Source: Chiloscyllium plagiosum (taxonomy: Eukaryota). Taken from it: a stretch of DNA of 64,000 nt. The translations under genes and the position numbers were made by a program. Each line of letters begins with the position of its first letter. Positions within the stretch are counted from its first letter, which is position 1. The stretch is from NCBI RefSeq assembly GCF_004010195.1, contig NC_057718.1, forward strand, positions 13,973,001 through 14,037,000, in the 5' to 3' direction. Positions 41,030-53,000 of the stretch are shown one piece after another. Under the pieces are notes generated by a model that saw only the letters and a program-made list of their open reading frames with translations, was not told the DNA's origin and made no database searches.

Positions 41030-41234
41030 GAGAAAGTGAGGTCTGAAGATGCTGGAGATCAGAGCTGAAAATGTGTTGTTGGAAAAGCGCAGCAGGTCAG
41101 GCAGCATCCAGGGAACAGGAGAATCGACGTTTCGGGCATAAGTCTGCAAAAAGGGCTTATGCCCGAAACGTCGATTCTCCTGTTCCCTGGATGCTGCCTG
41201 ACCTGCTGCGCTTTTCCAGCAACACGTTTTCAGC
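41030..41234. mobile_element. Palindromic Penelope-like insertion in HNRNPU intron 1
   Basis: 80-bp inverted arms with 2 mismatches; 14-bp duplication ttttMtcttctcag. Confidence 0.75.
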
Positions 41235-41899
41235 TTTTATCTTCTCAGTCTCATATGATTTCTGGGAACTTTTAAGAATCCATTACTGGCCTTAAACCTA
41301 GGACTGATCTCCATTCAACATCACCCACAGAACTAGGACCACATTTCTCACATGCAGTTACTTCATAATCAGCGTTAACATTCTCAACTCCTCCAAAACT
41401 TCTTGCAGTCCCAAATCAAACTGACCAACATTCAGAGATGCAAGCTACAAGCACCCGACTACATATGCAACTCCAGTCCTTCCCTGCACCTCTGAAGAGG
41501 TGCAGCCAGGTTATTGTACCCTCGGTGCCCTTATGTTTTAGCGTCAGCCCCACTCCATCCTAACGGCCTGCCTTTCATCAAAACGCTCTGGCTAAAACCA
41601 TGTGCCTTATTTGGCCTGACAGCGCTGCAAGTTATTTTTCTAATTTTAAAAGATCGAAAAGCAAACGCAAGGCAATTTTAAAATAAAAGTGCAAAAGTTA
41701 TTTCTGTTCCCACTTCCCCCTCCCCCTTGCAACCTTTTCCTAATTCCCTGCGCTACTCCATTTTGGTTTGCATTATTTCCACCCTCCATTTTCTCAGTGG
41801 CTTCCTTCAGCCATCCTGGATCCTCACCCCCCCCGCCCCCCAAGCTCTCCGCCAACCCACTCTCCCTCCCGTTTTAAACCCAGTCTCTCTCTCTCTCTG

Positions 41900-43130
41900 A
41901 TAGACAGGGACACGGGGCTGAAGCAGCTTCCACACTCTCTCCCCACCCCACGGTCTAACACGCGCGCCCAGCAGCAGGAGCCCAATGGTGGCGCCGGAAG
42001 TGATGGGCTTCTGGGGCTCGTTGATGTTTTAAAAATTTTAAAACACGGCGGATGAATGAAGACATTTTGAAAAAAAAAAATACCCGAGGCTGCTCGCCCC
42101 CCCCGCCCCAGGCAGGGGGTGAGGTGGGGGGAGGAATGGGCTGGGCAGGGCAGGGGAGGGCAGGGGAGGGTTGCCCACCTTTGCTGGAGTGTTGAGGGGC
42201 GGCAGCCGGGCCTGAAGCGGCCTCAGGCTCCTGTTTGCCGCCAGCCCGCGCCTCGCCATCCCCCAGCTCCATTGTTTCCTCTTCTCCCGCTCTTTGCTGC
42301 ACCTCGGCCTGGGCCTGGGCTGGCGCTTGGACGCGGGCCGGCTCCGGGACCGCCGCCTCCGCCATGCCATTTTCCTCCTCTTCCTCGTCGCCCAGGCCGC
42401 TCTCGCCTGTTTTGCTCTCGACCTCCTCCGCCTCCTCCTCCTCCTCGTCGTCGTCGTCGTCGTCCTCGTCCATTCCCCCTCCCCCTCCTGCGGCTCGGAC
42501 CAGGACTTCGGCCTCTCCTGGAGACTCCTCTTCTTCTTCCTCCTCCTCCTCCTGCTGCACCGCCGCCGGGGCTTGGCTGACTGCGGCCGCGGACGGTTCC
42601 AGCCTAGCGGCCAGGGCAGCGCCGTTGAGTCCCGGGCCCCGGGCCTGGGCTTTGTCTCCTCCCGCCAACTGCGGCGGCTCCTCCTCCTCCTCCTCCTCGG
42701 CGCCGGCCGTCTCCTCGTCTTCCAGCTCCTCCTCGCCGTTCTCGGGGGTCTCCAGCGGCCCAGGCCCCCCGTCCTCCTCCTCCTCCTCCTCCATCATCTC
42801 CTCCTCGGCCTCGGCCTCGTTGTCGAGTGCGGCCTGCAGCCGCTCCTGGAGCTCGGCTTTCAGGCCCTGCACGCTCAAGCCGCGCCGCTTCAGCTCATCC
42901 TTGAGCTCGGGCACCTTCAGCTTCTTCACGTTGATGTCGCTCATGATGAGGACGATGGCGGGGCGGGGGGTGGGGGGACTCGGCCTCGGGCTCCGCTTCA
43001 GTTCGGGCTCCGTCTCCCTGCACCGACCGACCGACCCGGCTCCTCGAGGCTAGGCTCCGCGCCGCGCAGACTCAGTGTGGGCCAGCTCCGGCCTACCGTA
43101 AACCCCCGAGTGTGAGCGCCTCTGCTGGAG
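41900..43130. promoter_or_regulatory. CpG island over the HNRNPU 5' end and exon 1
   Basis: Visibly very GC- and CpG-rich against an AT-rich background. Confidence 0.85.
42179..42944 (-). CDS. HNRNPU: HNRNPU exon 1 (SAP domain and acidic low-complexity region)
   Basis: ATG at 42944; [40 protein letters not shown] is a SAP motif; phase-1 donor AAG|gtgggc at 42178. Confidence 0.9.
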
Positions 43131-43149
43131 GAGCAGAGAGATTCCCAAC

Positions 43150-44010
43150 AGAACTGCTGCTGGATTACTAACTAGATTCCTCTGACTGACTGTGCATCAT
43201 CGACAGGGCTGTTACTGGATTACTAACTGGATTCCTCTGACTGACTGTGCATCATCGACAGGGCTGCTGCTGGATTACTAACTAGATTCCTCTGACTGCA
43301 TCATCGACAGGGCTGTTACTGGATTACTAACTAGATTCCACTGACTGTCCATTATCGACAGGGCTGTTACTAGATTACTAACTAGATTCCACTGACTGAT
43401 TTTGCATCATCGACAGGGCTTTTACTGGATTACTAACTAGATTCCTCTGACTGCCTGTGCATCATTGACAGTGCTGCTGCTGGATTACTAACTAGATTCC
43501 TCTGACTGTGCATCATTGACAGTGCTGCTGCCGGATTACTAACTAGATTCCTCTGACTGTGCATCATCAACAGGGCTGCTGCTGGATTACTGACTAGATT
43601 CCACTGACTGTGCATCATCGACAGGGCTTTTACTGGATTACTAACTAGATTCCACTGACTGTGCATCATCGACAGGGCTGCTGCTGGATTACTAACTAGA
43701 TTCCACTGACTGCATCATCGACAGGGCTGCTGCTGGATTACTAACTAGATTCCACTGACTGCATCATCGACAGGGCTGCTGCTGGATTACTAACTAGATT
43801 CCACTGACTGTGCATCATCGACAGGGGTGCTGGGATAATAAACAAGATACTGCCTGTGATTACTAACTAGATTCCACTGACTGTGCATCATCGACAGGGT
43901 TGCTGCTGGATTACTAACTAGATTCCACTGACTGTGCATCATCGACAGGGCTGCTGCTGGATTACTAACTGGATTATACTGACTGACTGTGCATCATTGA
44001 CAGTGCTGCT
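43150..44010. repeat. Minisatellite, about 16 copies of a 49-55-bp unit
   Basis: Unit GGATTACTAACTAGATTCC(A/T)CTGACTGTGCATCATCGACAGGGCTGCTGCT repeated head-to-tail. Confidence 0.95.
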
Positions 44011-45895
44011 GAAAAAATTGTTATTGTTATTATTGATTAGTGTCTATTTAGAGATACCAATTACTGGGCATTGTCTTATCTGCAAACACCAATAATGAAA
44101 TGTAAAGCTGACTGTTTGCAGATAATTGCGCTTAAGATGTCCTTTGCTCCTCCCTCTTTTCCAACATGCTTCTCCTCGTATTATTGGCAAGAATGGGGTT
44201 AGCTTCCATAATACAGTGATGATGACCTGCATTCACATTTCTACCTTGGGGTCAGTTAGTTCAGTTGGCTGGATCTTGGTTTACAATGCAACAGCTTGGG
44301 TTCAATTCTTCCATCAACCGAGGTTACTATGAGACTCCCATCTTCTCAACCTTGCCCCTCACCTGAGGTGTGATAACCCTCAGGTTAAACTCACCACCAG
44401 TCATCTCTCTATAATGAGGGAGCAGAATTATGAACCTCTGAGTTATGACGACGTTACCATTATATATGTACTACCACTTGCACTCTCCTGGATTCAGATG
44501 TTGTTCAACATGAGCCAGATTTTTCTTTTCACTTATTGGGTAAAGTTACCAGAATTATAGATGAACTAATTTAAACATGAGATTTTGGCGTGGCTTGAAA
44601 ACGTAGATGCTGGGAGACTGTTTCCTCAGCTGGATAATCTAGAATTAGGGAGTTCAATCTTTTGGAGAAGAAACAGAACATTTAGGACTGAGATGTGGAG
44701 AAATGTCTTTGTTCAGAAGGTAATGAATCTTTGGAATTCTTCAGCCCAAAGAGCTGTGGATTATCTGCCATTGATTGTATTCAAGATTGCAATCATTAGA
44801 TGTTTTGGATGGTAAAGAAATCAAAAGATTGAGAGAGAAAGGAAATCAGTCAAAGTTCAGCCAGCCTTATTGAATGGTAGAAAAGTCTCAGGGATCTCTT
44901 AGAACAAACAAAATAAAAAATAGGAATAAGAGCAGGAATTGTCTGTGAGATATGAATCAAATGTGGGTGAAAACTATATGATTAAAGTGCACGGAAAAGA
45001 GGTAACTGGAAGACTGATAAATTATAAATTGCGTAGGCTGATTGACCTACTATTGTGCCATATTAGTTTGGATATTTAAAGTGGTAGCTGTGCATGCTTC
45101 ATACATCAGTGTATATGGCAGTGTGTAGCAACTGTATAAATACTGTTTAATGGAGGAAATGACAAAGTGTTTCTATACAGAGATAAAAGAGTTGAATTTG
45201 AGGTAGGATTGCTGCTGGATTTCAAGTTCAAAATGTTCAAAGAATAAAGGGATAGATTCATATCTTGAAATCTAATGTTTCCTCTGGTGCTAATCAAAAT
45301 TCATTACTATCCTTAACAGTAATTAAGGCTTCTACTTGAAAAATAAATTCTGAACTTTAAGATGATCGTGTTTGGTGTTCACCACACATGGTTAGAAATC
45401 TCAGGCTAGATTCCTCTGACTGCAAAGTTCAAAATCAGATCTCTGGTAATCTTAATCATTGAATGATACAGGGCAGAATGAGATCATTTGGCCCATCATG
45501 CCTGTGCTGGCTGTTTGATTGAGCTATATCTACTATTTGCATTCCCCTGTGGCCTTGCCTTTTCTTTTTACCTTTTAAATATTCATCCAATTCCTTTTTT
45601 GTATGTCACTGTTGAATTTACTACCCCCACCCTTACATGTAATGCATCATAGATAAAAACAAATCTTTGTCATTTCTCATGTTGCTTCTGGGTTGTCTTG
45701 TAACTGCCTTGTAATACATACCTAATATAATAGTTCATATGATTTAGAGATGTAACCTTGTAGAAAATACAGAAATTGAATTTTCAATGTAAAGCGCTGT
45801 GGCAAAAGAATCTCTGGTAAATGTCTAAGGTCGGGAAAATCACACGCATTTAAGATAATTCCAATTCAAAAGTTAACTTGTACTTAAAGGAGAAA

Positions 45896-46084
45896 CGTGT
45901 TGCTGGAAAAGCGCAGCAGGTCAGGCAGCATCCAGGGAACAGGAGAATCGACGTTTCGGGCATAAGCCCTGAAGAAGGGCTTATGCCCGAAACGTCGATT
46001 CTCCTGTTCCCTGGATGCTGCCTGACCTGCTGCGCTTTTCCAGCAACACATTTCCAGCTCTGATCTCCAGCATCTGCAGTCCTC
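45896..46084. mobile_element. Palindromic Penelope-like insertion with hammerhead core
   Basis: 74-bp perfect arms 45897-45970 and 45976-46049; perfect 14-bp duplication acttaaaggagaaa; CTGAAGAAGGGCTTATGCCCGAAACGTC at 45969-45996. Confidence 0.8.
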
Positions 46085-47770
46085 ACTTAAAGGAGAAAGT
46101 CAAGTAAAGGGGTGAGAATCAAACATGTCAGCCAACCTTACTTAGCTAAAGAACTGGGGACATGATGCCTCCAACTATTCCAAGAAAAAGTTGTAGAAAT
46201 TGTGTAGTACATAGGAATCTGGGTGTTCTTGTACACTAATCATAAAATATCCCTATACAGACATAGCAAATAATTCAGAAAGCAAATGGAATGTAGGCCT
46301 TTAATGCAAAGAGCATGGACTGTAAATTGCTACATCTGGAAGGGTAGATGAAACCTCGTGTAAAATAATTCCTTCCTCTTTTAGCTTCCTTATATGCAGA
46401 GAGTTATGCTTGCAGTGAGGACTGTTCAAAGAAGCTTCACCATGTTGATTCCAAGGATGAAGGGATTCTCTTCTGAGGAATACTTGAGTGGCAGGGTCTA
46501 TATTCACTGTATTTTAAAGACTGCAAGGTGATCTTATTGAAATGTATATGATTCTCAACAGGCTTAACAGAGTAAATGCCAAGTGTATGTTATCTGCTTA
46601 TCATGGAATTGAGAAGCATAGGACATAGTTTCAAAATAAGGGTTCAATTAAGATAGAAATGAAGAGGAATTTCTTCTCTGAGGGTCATTAATCTTTGGAA
46701 TTGTTAACTGCAGAGAATAGTGGACGTTGGGTCAGTAAATATACTTAAAGCTGAATTAGGTAGAGTTCTGATTTACAAGGGAGTCAACAGTTGGAGGGAA
46801 AAAGAAGAAAAGTGGACGTAAGACCACAATCAGATCAATCATAACCTTGTTGGATGGTGGAAGAGTCTCAAGCACCAAGTAGCCTATTTCTTATGGCTTA
46901 TATAACATTTTAAAATATATATCCTTTGTTTACCACTCTCCTCTTAGTGAAAACATTTTATCTTCAATGTTCTGTTTGATGTTGGGTTATTTTTATGGTA
47001 ACAGAAGTTCAGAACAGACTTCTCAGTAACAGTTGAACCACAAATATTGCTGCACTGTATGGGATGGTAAGGCTACTTAGCAGCACATTTAGCTGTACAG
47101 GAACCAACTTCTTAGGAGAACACTCTTTTATTCATTCATGGGACTTGGGTGTCGCTAGCTGGCCAGCATTCATTGCCTGTTCCTGGCTGCCCTTGAGAAG
47201 GTGGGGGTGAGCAGGATTCTTGAACCACTGCAGTCCACATGCTGCGGTTTGACCCACAATGCTATTAGGGACAGAATTCCAGGATTTTGACCCAGCAACA
47301 GTGAAGAAATGGTGACACATTCCAAGCCAGGATGGTGAGTGGCTTGGATTGGAACTTGGAGGTGTTGGTGTTCCGATATATCTGCTGCCCTTGTACTTCT
47401 AAATGGAACTGGTTGTGGGTTTGGAAGGAGCTGTCTAAGGGTCTGGTAAATTTTTGCAGTACATACTGCTACTTCTGAGCATTGGTGGTGGAGGGAACAA
47501 ATGTTTGTAGATTGGTGCCAATCAAATGGCTGCTTTGCCTTGGATTTTGTCAAGCTTCTTGAATGTGTTTGCAGCTGTACCCATCCAAACAAGTAGGAGT
47601 ATTCCATCACACTTCTGACTTGTGCTTTGTCGATGATGAACAGGCTTTGGGGAGTCAGGAGGTGAGTTACTCAAAGCAGTCTTCCAGGCCTCTGACCTGC
47701 TGTTGTAGCTGCTGTGTTTATGTGATGAATCCAGTTGAGTGTCTAGTCAATGGTAACCTCAAGGATGTTG

Positions 47771-48668
47771 GATTAGTGGTGCTGGAAGAGCACAGCAGTT
47801 CAGGCAGCATCCAAGGAGCAGCGAAATCGACGTTTCGGGCAAAAGCCCTTCATCAGGAATAAAGGCAGTGAGCCTGAAGCGTGGAGAGATAAACTAGGCT
47901 CCTCTAGCTTGTCTCTCCACGCTTCAGGCTCACTGCCTTTATTCCTGATGAAGGGCTTTTGCCCGAAACGTNNNNNNNNNNNNNNNNNNNNNNNNNNNNN
48001 NNNNNNNNNNNNNNNNNNNNNNNNNNNNNNNNNNNNNNNNNNNNNNNNNNNNNNNNNNNNNNNNNNNNNNNNNNNNNNNNNNNNNNNNNNNNNNNNNNNN
48101 NNNNNNNNNNNNNNNNNNNNNNNNNNNNNNNNNNNNNNNNNNNNNNNNNNNNNNNNNNNNNNNNNNNNNNNNNNNNNNNNNNNNNNNNNNNNNNNNNNNN
48201 NNNNNNNNNNNNNNNNNNNNNNNNNNNNNNNNNNNNNNNNNNNNNNNNNNNNNNNNNNNNNNNNNNNNNNNNNNNNNNNNNNNNNNNNNNNNNNNNNNNN
48301 NNNNNNNNNNNNNNNNNNNNNNNNNNNNNNNNNNNNNNNNNNNNNNNNNNNNNNNNNNNNNNNNNNNNNNNNNNNNNNNNNNNNNNNNNNNNNNNNNNNN
48401 NNNNNNNNNNNNNNNNNNNNNNNNNNNNNNNNNNNNNNNNNNNNNNNNNNNNNNNNNNNNNNNNNNNNNNNNNNNNNNNNNNNTCTCCCCACCCCCACCC
48501 TCCTCTAGCTTATCTCTCCACGCTTCAGGCTCACTGCCTTTATTCCTGATGAAGGACTTTTGCCCGAAACGTCGATTTTGCTGCTCGTTGGATGCTGCCT
48601 GAACTGCTGTGCTCTTGCAACACCACTAATCCAGAATCTGGTTTCCAGCATCTGCAGTCATTGTTTTT
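47771..48668. mobile_element. Palindromic Penelope-like insertion spanning the assembly gap
   Basis: Perfect 15-bp duplication acctcaaggatgttg (47756-47770, 48669-48683); hammerhead motifs at 47829-47856 (-), 47945-47971 (+, cut by the gap) and 48546-48573 (+). Confidence 0.75.
47972..48483. other. Assembly gap (run of N)
   Basis: 512 consecutive n. Confidence 0.99.
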
Positions 48669-50089
48669 ACCTCAAGGATGTTGACAGTGGGAGATTCAGT
48701 GATGGTCACATCATTGAATGTCATGGGTGGTAGTTTGCTTGTCTCCTATTGGTGATGGTCATTGTCTGGCATTTACGTGGTATGAATATTACTTGGCACT
48801 TGTCAGCCCAAACCTGGATATTGACCAGATCTTGTTGCATTCGAACATTGACTGCATCGTACCTGAGGAGTCATGAATGGTGTTGAACATTATGCAATCA
48901 TTGCGAATATCCCCAATTCTGACCTTGTGGAGGGAAGGTCATTGGTGAAGCAGCTGAAGATGGCTTGGCCTAGAATACTTTCTTGAGGAACTTCTTGCAG
49001 AGATGTCCTGGAGTTGACATGATTGACCTCCAATAGCCACAACCATCTTCATGTGTCATGCGGAGAGTTTGCCCCCTGTTACTCATTGTTTCCAGTTTTG
49101 CTAGAGCTCCGTGATGCCACACTCAGTCGAATGCTGCCCTGATATCAAGAGCTGTTACTCTCATTTCACCTCTGGAATTCTTTTGTCCGTGTTTGATTCA
49201 AGGCTATAAAAAGGTCAGGAGTTGAGTGGCCCTGCTGGAACCCAAACTAAGTGTCACTGAGCAGGTTATTGCTTAGCAGGTGCTGCTTGATAGACGTGTT
49301 GGTACCTTCCATCACTTTACTGATGACTGAGAGTAGACTGATGGGGCAATAATTGACTGGGTTGGATTTCTCCTGCTTTTTATATGAGGACATATCTGGG
49401 ACATTTTCCACATTGTTGAGTAGATGCCAATGTTGTAACTGTACTGAACGAGTTTGACTAGGAGACCAGCAAGTTCTGGAACCCATGTCTTCAGAACTAT
49501 TGTTGAAATATTTTCCGGGCCCATAGTCATTGCAGTACCCAATGCCTTCAATCATTTCTTGATATCGAAATGAATTGATTTGGCTGAAGACTGGATTCTG
49601 TGATGCTAGGGACCTCAAGAGGAGGCGCTGAAGGATCATCCACATGGCACTTCTGGCTGAAGATTGCTACAAATGCTTCAGCCTTATCTTTTGCAGTTAC
49701 ATGCTGGGCTCTTCCATCATTGAGGTTGGGGATATTTGTGAAGTGTCCTCATCTAGTGAGTTGCTTAATTGTCCTCCACCATTCATGACTGGATGTGGCA
49801 GGACTGCTCAGCTCATATCTGATCTATTGGTCTTGGGCTCATTTAGCTCTATCATTTGCTCCTTATGCTGTTTACCATGCAAGTAGTCCTGTTGGGTAGC
49901 TCCACCAGGTTGACACCTCATTTTTAGGTATGCCTGGTGCTGCTGCTAGCATGTCCTCCTGCACTCTGAATGAATTAACATGTAACTACTGAGGTCACAG
50001 TGACATCACTGGTTACCTCAGAGGTTCACTTACATAACCATCAAATCCTATCCTTGCATCCTCCAATTTGGAGGATGTACACTATGCAT

Positions 50090-53000
50090 GTACAGCAGAT
50101 AATAAAGAAAGTGAATGTATTGCTGGCTTTTATAGCTAAAGGAATACAATATAAAGGTAAGGAAGTATTGTTGAAGTGGTAATGTTTTGAAGAGATACCA
50201 AAGAGTTGATAAAGGCAAGCATGGTGATATGATGTACGTTGACATTCAAATGGGATGGACACAGCATCGCATAGACTTGCGTTGAAAGTGACACATCATG
50301 GAATAAAAGGACCAGTTGCAATGTAGAAATAAAATTAGCTGAGTGATAGAAAACAAGTGTAATGAATAACATATATTTCATGTAAGTAGTGGAGTTCTCC
50401 AAGGATTGATATTGAAAGCATTGCTTTTCCTGATATATCTAGATAATCTAGATCTTAGTGTATCCTAGGATCAGTGTTTTACAGCATAGAAAGAAGCCCT
50501 TGTAGAATCTCAAAAGGATATAAGTAATTTGATGGATATGAATTTCAGTGTGGAGAAGTGCAAGAAGTATATGTTTGCACAAAGAACATGGAGAGTCAGT
50601 CTAAAATAAAGGATACTATTTGAAAGGAAGTGTGGCAACAGTGAGAACTAGGTCTGTGTGTGCATAATTCATTAAAGGTGGCATGACAGGTGGAGAGGCT
50701 GTTTGTTTATAAAGCACGTAGTATTCTGGACTCCATTAATCAGACAAAGAAGAGGAAAGTTATGTAAACCTTATTTAGGACACTTAGGGTCATGCTCTGG
50801 CCACCACAGTTTAGAAAGGATGTGTACGTAGTGGAACAAATGCAGAAGAGGTTTACAAGAATGATTCCAAGGATGATAAACTTCAGTTACAAGGATAGAT
50901 TGGGGAAGTTGAAACAGTTTTCCTTGGAGATAAGAAGGCTCAGGTACAGGTCTCTTTGAAGCAGAGAAGGCTAAGACAAGATTTGATTCATAATTATGAG
51001 CAGACTGGACAGAGTAGATAGGGAGAAACTGTTCCACTCTCAAAATGATTGAGAACCAGAGGGCACAGAGTTTTAAGTGTTCTGCAAAGGAAGCAAATGT
51101 GAATGAGGAAATCTTTCTTGCACAGCAAATAGTTTGGGTTTAGAATGCAGTGTCCAGAAGTATGATGGAGGCTGGCTCAATTGAGGCGTTGAAGGCAGCA
51201 GTAGATGATTATTTGAAGGGAAATAACATTTAGAGCTAAAGGGAAAAGGTAGGAATCTGGTACCAAACCAAAAGGCTCAGAGCCAGTGCAGACACGATAG
51301 GCCCAATGGTCTACTCGTGCATCATAACAATTCTATGATAAGGATCTATGTGATAAATTTATGGGTACAAAACTTAAGATCCTCTATATCTTTTACCCAA
51401 ACAGATCAATATTAAATAAATGTAGAAAATATCTGGAACTATGCAGCACATTTGTAAACATCTGTAGTTAAGTAATTATGCAGATTATAGAGTATTAAAA
51501 TCTGTTTATTCCCATTCGTTTGATTTAAATTTCACTGTTTACTTTCACTAATCTGTAATTGTTCTGCAGTCAGTATGAGAAGCTAGGTACCAAATTAAGA
51601 AGGACAGCCTCAAAGGTCATAATCTTTGCATTATTATTCTACCTGCTTGCAAATTGGTATTGGATATCAGATCAGAGAAATATGTGACATGGGAGAAATG
51701 GATTCTGGTTCATGGGACAAGGCACCAATACTGGAGAAAGTGGTATCAATGATCAGTCTGTAACTCAACTGCTCTGGGGCTGATGTTCTGATTTAATTAG
51801 GGTAGTAGAGAAGATTTTAAAATAGTGAAGTTAACGGATGAAATTTGGGAAGATGTGAATAGATGAGTACAATCAAGGTCAAATATGGGAAATGATGAAC
51901 AGTCTGTGACAAAAGGTAAAGACAGCAAGAATCTATTAATCAACCAAATGGTAAGACAAGAATTTACAAACAGAGTCAATGGATAAAACTAAAGGCTCTG
52001 TTTATGAATGCATGTAGCATTTGACAAAACAGATGAACTGAGAGTGCAAATAGAAACAAGTAAGTATGATATGATAGCCATTACAGAGACACGGCTGCAG
52101 GATGATATGGATTGGGACCTGAATTTTCAAGAGTGCAGGCTATTTAGAAATGGCAGGCGACAAGAAACAGGCTGTAGAGGTGGCTCTGTTAATTAATTAC
52201 AGTATTAGCAGAATAGAGGTAAATTATGAAAATTTATGAAACAAGCAGTTTGGGTAGAAATTATAAAGGTAAAAGAAGCCACTTTGGGAGCAATTAACAG
52301 GCCCCTAACAATATACCATGTGGTATAATGGAGTATAAAGGAAGAAATAATGAGAGCCTGTCAAAAAGGTACTTTGATAATCTTGAGACATTTGAATCCA
52401 AAATATAGACTGAAAATATCAGATCAGCAAAGGAAGCATAGGTTAGGAATTAATGGAATACATTTTGTTTATTTTCTTAGGACAGAGCATTTTGGAGTTG
52501 ATCAGAGATCAGGCTATAATAGACCTGCTATTGTAATCTGTAACAAGATTGAATTGATTAATGATCTCACAGAGAAGGTTCTCAAAGATAGACCCTTGAG
52601 CCTCCTCTGTCATTGATAAGATCCTGACTGATCTGATTGTAACCTCAAATCTGCATTCGAACCTACCCCTGATAATCTTTTATCCCCTTGCATAACAAGA
52701 ATCTATTTACTTTCACCTTTTAAAATATTCAAGGATTCTGCTTCTACCACCTTTCCAGGAAGAGAGTTTCCAAGGCTCATGACCCTCAGGGGAAAAAGGA
52801 TCACTTAATCTCTGATTTAAATGGATGATCTCTGATGTTTAAACAGTGACCCCTTGTTCTAGATTCTTTCACAAAAGGAAATATCCTCCCCACATTCACT
52901 CTTTGTCAAAACCCCTCAGGATCTTCTGTGTTTCAACCCAATCATCTCTGATTTTTCTAAACTCCAATGGAAGCAAGCCTAGCCTGTCTAACTGTGTCTG

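Larger units (their letters stand above)
47130..49965 (-). mobile_element. CR1-like LINE interrupted by a palindromic insertion and the assembly gap
   Basis: Minus-strand NPVNYCPISLLSVISKVME and downstream RT remnants. Confidence 0.75.

Noticed and set aside
41955..42178. Extension of the 329-aa ORF past the exon 1 donor
   Set aside because: Read-through into intron 1; the phase-1 donor at 42178 joins exon 2 in frame.
42119..43115. Long plus-strand ORFs (153, 272 and 273 aa)
   Set aside because: Antisense shadows of GC-rich, triplet-repetitive HNRNPU exon 1.
43150..44010. CRISPR-like array or 17-aa repeat protein (ORF 43433-43669)
   Set aside because: Units are contiguous with no unique spacers, there are no cas genes and the context is eukaryotic; unit lengths of 49 and 55 break the frame.
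47800..48549. ORFs of about 200-230 aa made of X
   Set aside because: Artefacts of the N gap.
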